Assembly: GCF_006345805.1 (NCBI RefSeq)
Contig: NC_043009.1
Coordinates: 31,124,001-31,188,000, forward strand
Reading direction: 5' to 3'
DNA: 64,000 nucleotides
From: Octopus sinensis
Taxonomy: Eukaryota
Shown here: piece after piece, positions 40,661-54,424 of the stretch
Numbering within the stretch: the first letter of the stretch is position 1
How the letters are laid out: each line of letters opens with the position of its first letter
The notes under the pieces: model-generated
The model's database searches: none
What the model saw: the letters and a program-made list of their open reading frames with translations, nothing else
What the model was told of the DNA's origin: nothing
Translations under genes and position numbers: made by a program

Positions 40661-40878
40661 GATAAAAATAAGAAAATGACTCTCCTCAGACAGAACAGTA
40701 TATATAATTTACTTCTCTGAATGCACATGCATGCACACATGTACACACAATTACAGTTTCATACATGTGCATGTTTGCACATATGCACACACAAAAACGT
40801 GCATCTGTATATCTTGTTTCAGCATTGTTTCTCTGAAATAATGAATTTTATGGTTTTTCTGGAAATACTGTCATTTTA

Positions 40879-41629
40879 CCCTTTTAGCATTTAAACCAGC
40901 CATAACTGGCCCCAATATTCTATGTGCTTTGTGCTAAAACTTACCAGATCCAACCTCTCATGCCTCCTTTACAATGTCATTCTAAAAATATACAATCACA
41001 TCATTGAAATTGTCTGACTAGAGGATAATAGAAGATTAATTGAAAACAATGAGAATAAATAAGCATTTCACACAGTAAGGCAGCGAGTTGGCTGAATTGT
41101 TAGCAAGCAGGGTGAAATGCTTAGCAGTATTCCATCTGCCACTATAATGTGAGTTCAAATTCCACCGAGGTCGACTTTGCCTTTCATCCTTTCACGGTCA
41201 ATTAAATAAATACCTATTTCTTTATTACCCACAAGGAGCTAAACACTGAAGGCACAAACAAGGACAGACATAGGTATTAAGTCGATTACATCGACCCCAC
41301 TGCGTAACTGGTACTTAATTCATCGACCCCCGAAAGGATGAAAGGCAAAGTCGACCTCGGCAGAATTTGAACTCACAACGTAACGGCAGACGAAATACGG
41401 CTACGCATTTCGCCCGGTGTGCTAACGTTTCTGCCAGCTCGCCACCTTTGCTAACGTTTCTGCCAGCTCACCACCTTATTAAATAAATACATATTAAAAT
41501 ACAATTAAATAAATACCAGTCACTCATTGGGCTCGATGTAATCAACTTAACCTACTCCCTGCAAATTCTGGGCCTCGTGCTTATAATAGAAAGGATTACA
41601 TTTGATAAAGTAATCTGAATGTTGAAGGG
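40879..41629 (+). mobile_element. piggyBac-like MITE (family P2) containing two nested SINE-A copies
   Basis: cccttttagcattt ... aatgttgaaggg+TTAA. Confidence 0.75.
41213..41478 (-). mobile_element. Young CpG-rich SINE-A inserted inside a plus-strand SINE-A (41078-41600)
   Basis: Flanked by repeated attaaataaatac; the host SINE resumes at about 41503. Confidence 0.9.
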
Positions 41630-42429
41630 TTAAAGTGTAAAAACTTACAGCATTGTTGGTGTAGATATTGGGAAAGAATGCAGGGTTTGAACCAGCGGAA
41701 TTTGTGTTCAATGATTTTATGGAAGTTTGAGTTACGTTGACGCCTTGTGTTGAAGATTTTTCTAATTATATCCACTTAACATCAGTGTGTCACAGTAATA
41801 TCTAAATGTTCTGATGAAAGAGGCTTCATCTAACGAAAGACTTGACAAGTGTATACATAAATATATATATATATATATATATATGCGTGTGTGTGTGTGT
41901 GTGTGTGTGTGCGTGTGTGTGTATGTATGCATGTGTATATACACCATATGCACTCATACATTTGTACATATATGTGTATGCATACGTATATACACCATAT
42001 GCACTCATATATTTGTAGGTAGGTGTGCATATATAAATATACGAGTGTAATTATAACTGGTAATTAATTTGGTCTTTATTTTTGTTTTGTTTTTCTTATA
42101 TATTTTCATTTCCTTTTTATTTGCAGCATCAAGTTGTTCCATGCAGCGGAATACTTGAAAGTAGAGAAATGATACTGAAGTGATGAATTTGATGTGAAAA
42201 GGGTTTTTGAAATGGAACCAAAGAGACTTTTAGATACTTCAGTCAAAAATGAGGAAACACAAAAAAAATAAAACAATAGGAGAGAAAAAAATTATTATTT
42301 AAAAATGCAATTACAAGTAATTTGCACAAAAAACAAAGTTAAAACAATAGCAAATTATTATTTTTATTCTATTGTAAATTTATCTGATTTTAATAAGAGG
42401 AAGTAATGTGAAATATGCATGCATACCAA

Positions 42430-42465
42430 TAAATGTATATGTGTGTGTGTGTGTGTATGTATCTA

Positions 42466-42522
<57 letters not shown>

Positions 42523-43517
42523 GTTTGTGTGAATCTATATATCTATCTATATATATATGTATATATATGTATATATATATATATATATGTATATGTATAT
42601 GTATATGCATATATATATAAGTATATGTCTATATATTTATATATGTGTGCATTTACATAGAAATTTATTTGCTTACATATATATAGTAACGTTCATATCT
42701 ATATTCAAAAATATTGCTATACACACACACATTTACATGTGCAAGTTGGTGTGGGTGTGTGTGTATATATATATATATATATACACGCACAAATATATAT
42801 GTACATTAGTAAATATAACAACATATATATTTCCATATACATATGAGCAAGCAGAAACTTAGGAGTGTGTATACATTTTTATATTTCAATACATTAATGT
42901 AATTATTTTGTCTTTTATATTTTCTTTGTAATGACTTAACTTTCATTTATGTGTTATGGCTTTAAAATATAATCACTTATCGCCTCACTTCCACTTGTTG
43001 TCTCATTTTTGCCTTTATATCCATAATGTTAAAATATTCATACACACATAGAATCACACACAAACACACACTTAGACACACACATATATATATATATATA
43101 TAATTATATATATGTATATATATGTTTGTATGTACATCTGTATGTGTGTGTATTTATAAGTATATATAAATGTGTGTGTGTATGTTCTTATATACATACA
43201 CAAAATTATGCATATATACACATTCTTATATTCATAAACACACACACACATACACACACATACACAAGCATTCATGCTTACATACATACATATAGACACA
43301 TTCTACAAAAAGGTGACAGTAACATGTGGATTGTTCATGAAACAGAGAAGCATATATCAATGTGTATATATATAAATATATATGTATATAAACATGTGTG
43401 TATATATATATATATATATAAACACATATTATATATACATATATGTATATACACCCTCATATATCTATATATGTATATGTATATATCTATCTATCTGTCT
43501 ATCTATCTATCTGTCTG

Positions 43518-43589
<72 letters not shown>

Positions 43590-43980
43590 ATATATGTATA
43601 TATGTATATATGTGTATGTACATGCAAAAATTATATATATATATAGATATATACATACATACATACATGCGGTGGGTGGGTGTGTATTGCTATATATGTA
43701 TAAAATAACCACCAGCAAAATAACACCATAGTCTTCACTTAGAAACAATAAATAAATAAAGAAATGAATAAATAAATGGACAACAAGAAAAGTATGTTGA
43801 AGTACACAACATGATATCACAAACAATATAATAAAGAAGAGCAAAACAAAAATATATTTTAATATGGACAGTGATAATGAAAGAGGAAATATGTGGTTTT
43901 TCCAAATGAAACCTACTTATAGTGAACTTGTAATAATGTGTCATTTGGTTGTTTTCCAAGTTTTAATGTTAAATCATGCT

Positions 43981-44017
<37 letters not shown>

Positions 44018-45145
44018 TATACATATATACATATATATATATATATACATATATATACACATACATACATATATACATACATATATACTTATATATATAT
44101 ATATACATGCATATATGTATACATACATACATACATACACATACATACACGTACATACACATACATATATATATATATATACATACATACACAAGCACAC
44201 ACATATATATACATATAGATAGATAGATTAATATGTACATATATATATATGTAAATAAATCATGTATATATGTATATTTGTATGTATATATATATATACA
44301 TGCATGAGTGTGTGTATGTATGTAATTGTATATGTATATTTATATGTACTTGTATATGTTTATATACATATATGCTTATATGCATATGTACGTATGTATA
44401 TATGAATACATATGTATACATATTTTTGTGTGAATGTGTATATGTATATATATGATATTTATATATATATATATTTAAAAAATGCATATTTAGGATACAT
44501 TACTATTCTTATTACTATCATTATTAACATTATCATTGATAATATTGCTATTTTTATTATCCTCTTGTTTTTACTATTAAATTCTTTCAACTCTTGATGA
44601 TTCGACCACTTATGTCATAACTGATTAAACTATAAACATGTTTTAATAAAAAATTTTAAATTCCCTTCTTCTCGCTCTTCAAACTTCATTCTGTTTGATT
44701 TTCACTTCTTATCAATCTAATTTGTACTCATTATAAAGCTCTTTTCATCTTTGTTTTCCATTCCATATATATATACATATATATATATATATACATACAT
44801 ATATATACATATATATATACATATACATACATATATATACATATATATATATGCATATATATATATATATATATGCATATATTATATATATATATATATA
44901 TACACACATACACAAACACTCGCATGCATACAAACAAATAGACACACACACACGCACACACACACACACGCACACACACACACACATATAAATATGAAGT
45001 ATCAAAGGTAGTTTTGTGTCAATAAATCTTACATCTTCCAAAGAAACTTCAAGTATTAAGAAAGTATAATTGAAAATCACCTAAACTTTACATGCCATCC
45101 TATACGTATTCAAACAATGCATATATATATATATATGTATGTATA

Positions 45146-45181
<36 letters not shown>

Positions 45182-45225
45182 TGTATGTATGTATGTATGT
45201 ATGTATGTATGTATGTATATATATA
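42430..45225. repeat. Cluster of (TA)n/(CA)n/(TATC)n/(TATG)n microsatellites
   Basis: Visible directly. Confidence 0.9.
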
Positions 45226-45394
45226 TATCTTAAATTTTTAAGAAAATAATAGCCCATTTAAAAAATAATCCTATATTCTTGAAGAACCCAACTTATACAA
45301 AGAGATTTAATTATTCAAGATATGATCCTTAAACATCTATCCATTTCTACCATTAACAAAATCATTTATGCCTCTTTGATAAAAATTCATTTTT

Positions 45395-46590
45395 CTATGC
45401 ACTCGATGATGGTCAGTCCAGCTCTCCGCTCCTGTTATAGCCCAATCACTAGAAACAATCTTTCATATCATGCTTTCTGATCAAACTATAATGCGATGAC
45501 AGTCCTTACAATTTGGATACATCCAATTTGTTTTCTATTTATTTTTCTGCTTAAACAGAGTGTTGGAAACAATTAGATTATTCTCGGTACAAAACGTCAA
45601 AAGAGCTATTTCCTTCTTATTACATTTTCAAGTTCCATGTCAGCCTAAAACACTCCCTGAAACTGAGTCATTTCTAACTCTTGCATTGACCAACTTGTCA
45701 GGAATTGCTACTTTCGTCAATGATTGTATTAGATTGTCATAAAACTGTCCTACAGTTTCATCAGAATGAGACATTGTTAGTGCATAAACACTGACAACGG
45801 TAAGAGACCTACCTTTTGTCAATTTTATATGGCATGACATGGTTCGTTCAGATATACCACTTGGAAATTCTGCAATGGAGGAGACTAATGAATTCTTGAG
45901 AACAAAGCCAACAACATATTCTGTAGGCTGACCTTCAGGTAGGCCTTTCCAGAAGGCAATATATCCATAAGTGGGTTCATTTATTTGACCCTCACCAGAG
46001 AAACGAGTTTCAGAGAACACAACTATATCAAGGGAATATTTAAGCTCACATGCAATAACTGCAGTATGTCTTTCTGGCCTCGAGATGAAATTATCATCAA
46101 GAAGTGTGTGCACATTCTAATGGCCAAAATTCAGAGGATGTTTACTTTTTCTTCTTCTTGAAGTTTATTTGACCACCCTGGCAGGATGATGACGGGACCA
46201 GCCTGTGACACACTGGGACACCAGCCGAGCTAGACCTGTTTTCCTGACATTCCCAAGCCATTCTTTTGCCATTTACTGAATCTGTTTGAGACATTACAGA
46301 GTAAGTTGCAAGTGCCTTTTTAGGTTTCTGCCAATGATTTTACTATGGTTTGGTGTACAAGATGTACAAGATGTACAAGATGTATAATAATTTTCAGTGA
46401 GTGTAGCTTGCACTGCACTACCTCCACCTATTGGCTCAAGAATACTTTCGCTGATGTGACATGAGAATTGACAAAACCAGGAACTTCCAAGGCATCAGGT
46501 TTTATTTTGAAGATTTCCATCTCCTAGGTAGATAACCAACCAAGGTTAAAGAGCTTCTACCTGCTCATGAGGTAGGCTATCCCATGCCAT
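45395..46590 (-). mobile_element. RTE-clade LINE 5' part: probable 5' UTR and disrupted APE endonuclease domain
   Basis: H*NVHTLLD..RPERHTAVIACEL..DIVVFSETRFSGEGQ..GISERTM..TVVSVYA..FYDNL..NARV..GAESWTDH. Confidence 0.92.
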
Positions 46591-46779
46591 ACACCAAACA
46601 CTCTATAGAATGATTAAATATCCTTCCAGTGTCTAATGTGGAGCAGCTCATACATACATAATAAAAAATTAAAAGTGAAAGATATGTAATTTAAAACTAT
46701 AAATAAAAATATATAAATATAAATAGTATATAAATAATAAAAAAAATCTGCACAATTTTTTTTATTTATATACTATTCA

Positions 46780-47190
46780 TAGGCACAGGAGTGGCTGTGT
46801 GGTAGGTAGCTTGCTTACCAACCACTTGGATCCAAGTTCAGTCCCACTGCGTGGCACCTTGGGCAAGTGTCTTCTACTATAGCCTCGGGTTCACCAAAGC
46901 CTTGTGAGTGGATTTGTTAGACAGAAACTAAAAGAAGCCCATCGTATATATATAGATATATATGTGTGTGTGTGTGTGTGTATGTATATGTTTGTGTATC
47001 TGTTTGTCCCCCTACCATCGCTTGACAACCGATGTTGTTGTGTTTACATCCCGTAACTTAGCGGTTCGGCAAAAGAGACTGATAGAATCAGTTCTAGGCT
47101 TACAAAGAATAAGTGCTGGGGGTCAATTTGTTCGACTAAAGACAGTGCTCCAGCATGGCCAAAGTCAAATGACTGGAACAAAAATAGAAT
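46780..47190 (+). mobile_element. SINE-B copy, near full length
   Basis: aggcacaggagtggctgtgtggtag..gttcagtcccactgcgtggcaccttgggcaagtg (CORE-like). Confidence 0.95.
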
Positions 47191-47314
47191 ATACATATTT
47201 ACACATTTGTTGGATGACTGATGACTCATGAGTTCCTCCATCTAAGAATTTAGTGGTTTGGAGTCATACCTTTGGCACCAACAACATAACACAAAATTGG
47301 CTCTTTACTCATCG

Positions 47315-48150
47315 TTTCTCTTACCATCCCTGCTGCATTCTTTTGGAACATGGATGTTTTGCGAAAGACATTTCAAATTGTTACAACAATTCCACCAAAA
47401 ATGCCTTCGCTGCCTTTTAAACATTAAATGAGGCTTTTTTACTTCAGACACAGATGTTTTTGATTCTATAGGCATCTCTTCCATTAAATCGATGATTCTG
47501 AAAAACCAAATGAGATGGTCTGGCCATATTGTTCGAATGGTTGATGAACACACATCCAGACAGCTGTTTCATGGTGATCTTGCAGAGGAGAAATCCAATC
47601 AGTGTAAACCTAAGTTTACGGAGAGCATAAGGACTACCATGAAGTCAATTGGAATGGATCCACAGGCCAAAGAAACCTTTGCTTTGAACTGACCTAGATG
47701 GCAAACAAAAGTGTAGAGTGGAGTGAAAGCTTTTGAAGAGGCCAGGATAACACATGTAAGACTCAAGAGAGATTTAAAGAAGAATGTTATGATCGAGAAG
47801 ATGACCCTTAGTGACTCTTTTGTGTGCACAATTTGTGACAGACCATTCCTTTCTTTTGTGGGGGTGTCAAATCTCATTTGTAGGCCCATGAGAAACAAAC
47901 TGCCTATATATATGTTGTGCACCTTTCAATGCCATGTATGCTACAAGGTCTGCAAATCTAAGAGAGGCCTCAAAAGACATTTTAAGATCCACAAAGATCA
48001 GAACTTAACTGCGGCTCTTGTTGGTCTAGATCGGATATGCAATCTACAGGGGTGTCTTTTCAGTACATTGTCTGGTTTAAAAAGCCACATCAGATGCCAT
48101 AATGGATCTAAGGTATAGGTACAAGAAGTGGTCAAACTCTGCATAAGGAG
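47315..48150 (+). mobile_element. RTE-clade LINE 3' part: RT C-terminus with tandem C2H2 zinc fingers, disrupted
   Basis: LPSLLHSFGTW..FHQKCLRCLLNI..QMRWSGHIVRM..QLFHGDL..FEEAR, then CTIC.., CHVCYKVCKSKRGLKRHFKIH and CNLQGCLFSTLSGLKSHIRCH. Confidence 0.9.
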
Positions 48151-48367
48151 TAGAAAACCCCCATATATACATAACTTGCTATTTCAAGGTGCAATTTTTA
48201 ATTTATTTATTTGTTATTGAATGAGTTGAGTATGGAAACAATTGTAGGTAACAAAGAAGTTTAACAATATGTTAATAAATTAAATTTTATTACTTAAAAC
48301 TCTCCATCTCTCCTTATAATATTATATATTAAAAAATGAGTGGAAACGTTACCAGTGAGTGTGTCAA

Positions 48368-48588
48368 CCCTTTTGTTACCAACCAAGCTGAAACCGGCTT
48401 TGGCTCTTTAGTATAAATGTCTTGTTTTCATAAGTTTTGAATTCAAATCTTCCACCAAATCTCAGTTAAAATTTATGTTCCTAACACTAGCTTAATGATA
48501 ACAAAGTTAATTCACTAAATTCTTTGTTATATTTAAAATAATTGAAAGAAACACAGAGTATCTCAAAATAAATACAGTAATGAAAGGG
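48368..48588 (+). mobile_element. piggyBac-like MITE (family P1), 221 bp, TTAA target
   Basis: tcaa+cccttttgttac ... gtaatgaaaggg+ttaa; the empty site is seen at 40625. Confidence 0.85.
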
Positions 48589-48653
48589 TTAAATAATAAG
48601 GCACTAAAAGAGAATGACTCTCCCCAAACACAACAATATATATATAAGTGTAA

Positions 48654-48699
<46 letters not shown>

Positions 48700-49864
48700 C
48701 ATACACATAAGAAATAATTAAGATTCACTTGCACAAGGTAGTTAAGTTGATGCACCAAGCCAGTCTGGTATTATCTGCAAGGCTCAAATTAAAGTGAATA
48801 AAAAGCAAATAGGTAACAAGGATGTCAAGGTATTAATGCAATACAGCTGTTTCAGGTGGCTCCATTTAATCGAAAAGTGCAAGCATTACATCAATTTTAA
48901 ATACAGCGCTATCTTCAGTTGTAAAATACAAATTTTCAACAGTCAGGATATTCTGTTATAATTTTTAGCAAATATTTCATCAGAGCTAGAGAAGGAAAGA
49001 ATTCCATGTTGCTTTTAATGTAGCAGAACAAGCTTACAGAGAAACAACTACAATTTTGTATATATGAATGTATATCATATATATATAGCATATCATTTAT
49101 TTTGCATTTGCTCTATATTGTCAATGTAAGGCACTTACTCATTGCAGACAAGAATATACCAGAATGTCTTCATCTGTTGACCATTAATAATTTTTCTAAC
49201 CAAATCCATACTTAGTCTTCATGAATAAACTGATCAATGTTTATGGACATTATCTTTATCTGAACATAACTTTTCTGACACAATTTGTTTGTAACAGTAA
49301 AGTTTAGCAGGAGAAAGGAATATGGCAGCAGTTAGCTTTGGTGTTGACCTTGTCAGTTTACAAAACTGAGATGACAAGTGGAAGCTGATATTTGAGACGT
49401 CAAGGAAAAGCTGCCTACCAAACCTAGCATTATAAATCACAGACTGCTTATAGAAAATAGGCCTAAGAATCTGGGTTATAACGATAAACAGCATGTCATT
49501 GTTGGTAGCACATTTCTCTGCTACAGGCAACAGAACTGCACAGAAGCTTGGGGTGTCATGCAAATCTCCAGGATGGAAGAGACATTGAGTACATGCAACT
49601 CCAAAGTTTATTGGTGCACGTTTGTTTATCCTGGATGAGTGACTCATATTGCATATTGATGCACCTCATTGAACATTAGGGTCGATGATGGTACTGGTGC
49701 TATGGAAAAACTCAGCATCAACACTGTATAAAACAGGAGACACTAAAACTGAGTGCAATTATAGTACTATTTTATATACAGATTGATTATGGTGCTATAA
49801 TAACAGAATTCTACAAAACATGCACAATCTATAATTCAAAGCCATGGAACCATTGCAGAATGGT

Positions 49865-50000
49865 AAATTGTGATGAAATGACAGAGCAGTTAGAAAATCA
49901 GGCAGAATGCTTCAAATAATTTTATTCAATACTCTATGTTCTCAGTTCAAATCCTGATGAGGTAAACTGTATATTTCATCTTTTCAAGGTCATTAAAAGG
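49865..50000 (+). mobile_element. SINE-A fragment, diverged
   Basis: gttctcagttcaaatcctgatgaggt..tttcatctttt. Confidence 0.6.
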
Positions 50001-50743
50001 TATGAATCCAAGGTGATGGGTCAACAACGATGTCATACATTCAGACCAGTGGCCAGCAGTATTTCTTTTGTCTCTTTGCTTTCTGAATTTAAATTCAACC
50101 ATGGACAGTTAGATGGTAGATGACATCTCCTCCTTTCTTCATCCCTTTTTCATGCATTCAGTTCCAAAGTGCTCTACACCAGCATCACACACCAATTTCC
50201 ATTCCTTCTAATTAACACCCATGGGCCCTGGCCGATTGGGAGGGACACCACATAAAATAAGAGACCACTTGACATGATCATGTACACATATATCATCATC
50301 ATTATCATTTATCAATAGATAGATAGAGAGAGAGAGGGGGGATAGAAAGATTGATAGACAGATAGATAGTTGATCGATCGATAGACAGATAGATAGATAG
50401 ATACATACATACATACATACGTACATACAATACATACATAGGTAAATAGACAGATTGCTAAATTTATTACTTAACACCAACACATGGACACCTCATTCAT
50501 TCAGTTTACTTTGGAGCGGTCTAGATTAAAGGGCACTGAGAAAGCTGCACTGACCATGGTGCAAAGTTGCATATCCAAAAATGTGCAGTTGCTACTGTTG
50601 AAACACATGTGGAGTTGAGGAATATGCTGTAAATAACTGTTAAATTGAATATATGGATGTGAAAAATCTCCAATCTCATTCTTATTATTAATAAATATCT
50701 ATCTATCTATATATAAATATATATATATATATGCATGTATATG

Positions 50744-50774
<31 letters not shown>

Positions 50775-50947
50775 GTATATGTATGTATATATGTATATAT
50801 ATCTATGTCTGTATGTCACACAGTTGACCAGACTCTCAAATGTTGTTGTGCATCACTGGTCGCATAGTTTTGGCTTTCAAACGATACCATCCCACTGGCA
50901 TCTCTCTCCCTTCCCCCCTCTCTTTCTCTGAAATGCACACACATACA

Positions 50948-51009
<62 letters not shown>

Positions 51010-51390
51010 ACAGAAGAGAAATTGGCAGTGATCAGGCCTGGAAAAGAATGGGCTCAACCATGTTTAAAATGCCTCGACAACCGACAACTCCACCAGAAGT
51101 TAAAGGCCCCAGGAAGATAGAAACGTATATAATACAAAATCCCCACATTCATGCTCACACTCACCCTACTCACACACATACATACACTCATTTACTATTT
51201 TCATAACTTTGACTATTGAGTGGTAGCCATGCATGGACACTTCTATCAATACTTGTACAAGATTCACTCTTAGGTATATGAACACATTTAATGCTTCTTT
51301 ATATGCGAGTGCATATGTGTATGTATCTATGCACATAATGTAATATGTATAATATATATACATACATACATACATGCATATATGTATGTA

Positions 51391-51436
<46 letters not shown>

Positions 51437-51954
51437 AATACATATTTGCATGTAATAGCAAATGTAGATTGATTGGTATAACTATATTGATTGCATATAC
51501 ATACATATATATATATTAATGTATATATATGAAAGTATAGTTGATATAAATACATATAGACATCAAATATATACTGAACTAACATATTTATTCATAGACA
51601 TTTCAATAAATTTTTACATACATGCCAAACACACACACACATATGATATTGTAATCATGTAAAGGTGCATTTGCATATGTATACATATAATAAGCATATA
51701 TAGACAGCTATGTATACATACATATGTGTGAGTGTATGTGTGTGTATGCTTATATGTATGTATGTACGTATCATTGTTATTCATAACTATGTAATTGTCT
51801 TCTCTGCTGTATTGCAGATATCTCTATTAGAATTTTGTTAAAACTTTAATTTTAAAATGATTATGTTAATTTCAATCAAACAAGAATTCACAAAAATTTC
51901 CTGCAGTGAATATGTAAATATAAATGAGATTAAAGCAGAAATAAGATAAGCACA

Positions 51955-52142
<188 letters not shown>

Positions 52143-52254
52143 GAAGATACATACATCATATTCAGGAACACACGCACACACACAAAAGCTCACACATACA
52201 CACAATTATATGGGCTCCTTTGCTTCTGTGGAAATGATTGTTTTTTCTGTATGT

Positions 52255-52298
<44 letters not shown>

Positions 52299-54424
52299 GT
52301 AAGTGTACCTGACATGTGTGTGTGTGTGTGTTCAATGAACTGTTGGGTTATTTCTTGTCTTCATTTGTAGCCATTTATCTATCAAGCTGCAGGCATTTTC
52401 CGCATTAGTAGACACCTATTTCTCATAATACTCACACACATACACTAATATACTCACACACAGGCATTTATAATCACACAAAGGAACAATATTCAAATAT
52501 TTATAGGCAAACACACGCCCTGCCTACCATACACATATATATTTACTCACGCATATAGATACATGCAAACATTCATACATACATACACACAAATATAAAC
52601 TTGACATATGAACATATATATATATATATATATAAATATATATGCACCAACACATACATACATTTGTGTGTGCGTGTCTGTGTGTGTGTGTATTCATACA
52701 TATACGCAGACACCCAGACCTACACACTGAGTTATATGTAAAACCAAAAATTCTTTTCAAAGAAGAAATCATTTCTTGCCATTTATATCCTAAAAATTAT
52801 GCTTTTATGTTTAATTCATTCCATTTGAATCTACTTGTCTGATGCTGGTGTATTAGCTATTAATATTCATGATGAGTCGTAAAATTTAGCTGTTCGAGAT
52901 GAAAAATGAATCAAATATTTATATTGTTTATCCTGCTTTCTTCCAGCTGAATCTCATATCAACGTAAAGTAAACTTTGCCGACATTTCTCTTGTATCATT
53001 TAGGAGTGAAATTAATGGTACATTTCCTTGTCTTTCATGCTTAATTGGACTTTGGCAAATATTTCATTGTCCTGTTGTGTCCTTGTTGAATTAGGTTTCA
53101 CAGGGAGAATAGATAGATCTTAGTTGTTATGCTAAATTCATATCAATAATAATCATAATAATAATAATAATATCCCTATTGATATAGATTCTGGCTGAAC
53201 AATAAAGAATATGTTTCAGCAGTGAATATTGAATGTGGTGTTACTATTGTTGAGTTTCAGTAACCTAAACCATGTCTTTGATATCCTTTTTATATGTTAT
53301 TTTTTAAAATTTTTATCTCTCTCCCTTAACTTTGTTTGTTTGATTTATATATTGCTCACCAATGTTAGACACTTTATGGTACAGATACAGTTTTAATTAA
53401 TTAAGGGTATCATCATGTTCATCTCATTAAGCATGCTAACTCTTGCTTTTTTTTTTTTTTTTTGTTTTCTTTGCAGATAGTATCTCTGTGTTATTCGCTT
53501 TAGTCCTTTTGTAGCTTTGTCACACCAATATGTTTATGATATCCTGCTTACATTCTTTTCTCGCCACCAAGCTGACAGATAAGAGAATCCCCGTGCCTCA
53601 CTAAAGAGGCCTAATACTGCCAAAACATCTCCAGAGTTGTCACCCCTGACTACATTACTCTGAACCTATTTTCCCTTATCGCTGCTTTGCCAATTTCCCC
53701 AGATAATTAATTGAGACAGTCATTTAGTATGTCAACATAATTAACAAAAATATTAATTTGATTTGTCACTGTTGCCTATGTTTAATTGGTTTCTGCTTTA
53801 TACAATGTTTACTCCTCCTAGAGATTAGTCTGGTGTTAATTAATTAATGATATTGCTCTCACCCACTTCCCTATCTTAGCACTTATGTCACATTCAGTTT
53901 AAGTATTCTTATGATATCACATCTTTGTTGTGTGAAATACTGCCTGAAGGTGCAACACTTATTCTGTTATATGTTCTATATTCTAAGAACACTTAGAGAA
54001 TTTACTGGAGATAATTGGGATGGTGCATTTAGTTAAAGATTCTTTGTAGAATTATGATAAAATCGTATTTAAGTATTGTATTATTGATCAGTAAGTAGAA
54101 CAATGATACCAAAGATCCTTCACAGGTTCACCAGAACTGGTGGGTCTGGGGCAAGAGAGAAATTATCTTCAAACTGAACCCCTGGCCTGAATGTTTAAAG
54201 CAGAATGAACTTCAATAAAGGTTCCCAAGGGCCAGATGCTGGTGTTAAACAAGCTGAGGGATGAAATATTTTGTAAAATGGAGAGGAAGCTGTTAATTTC
54301 ATTTCTATTATTGTCTTTGAGTAACCTGCATCAGTTTCACTTGAGTAGATTTTGTTATCATTAATATTCTTGCCATGTCTATCTTGTGTTATAAAGAATG
54401 GTAAGAGGTTCTATTTTCTAAATC

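Noticed and set aside
43126-43731. 201-aa ORF and the many other YI/CV/HT-rich ORFs
   Set aside because: Translations of dinucleotide and tetranucleotide repeats
47723-48118. Host C2H2 zinc-finger gene
   Set aside because: Contiguous with a disrupted RTE RT C-terminus and lacking TGEKP linkers, so it is part of the LINE
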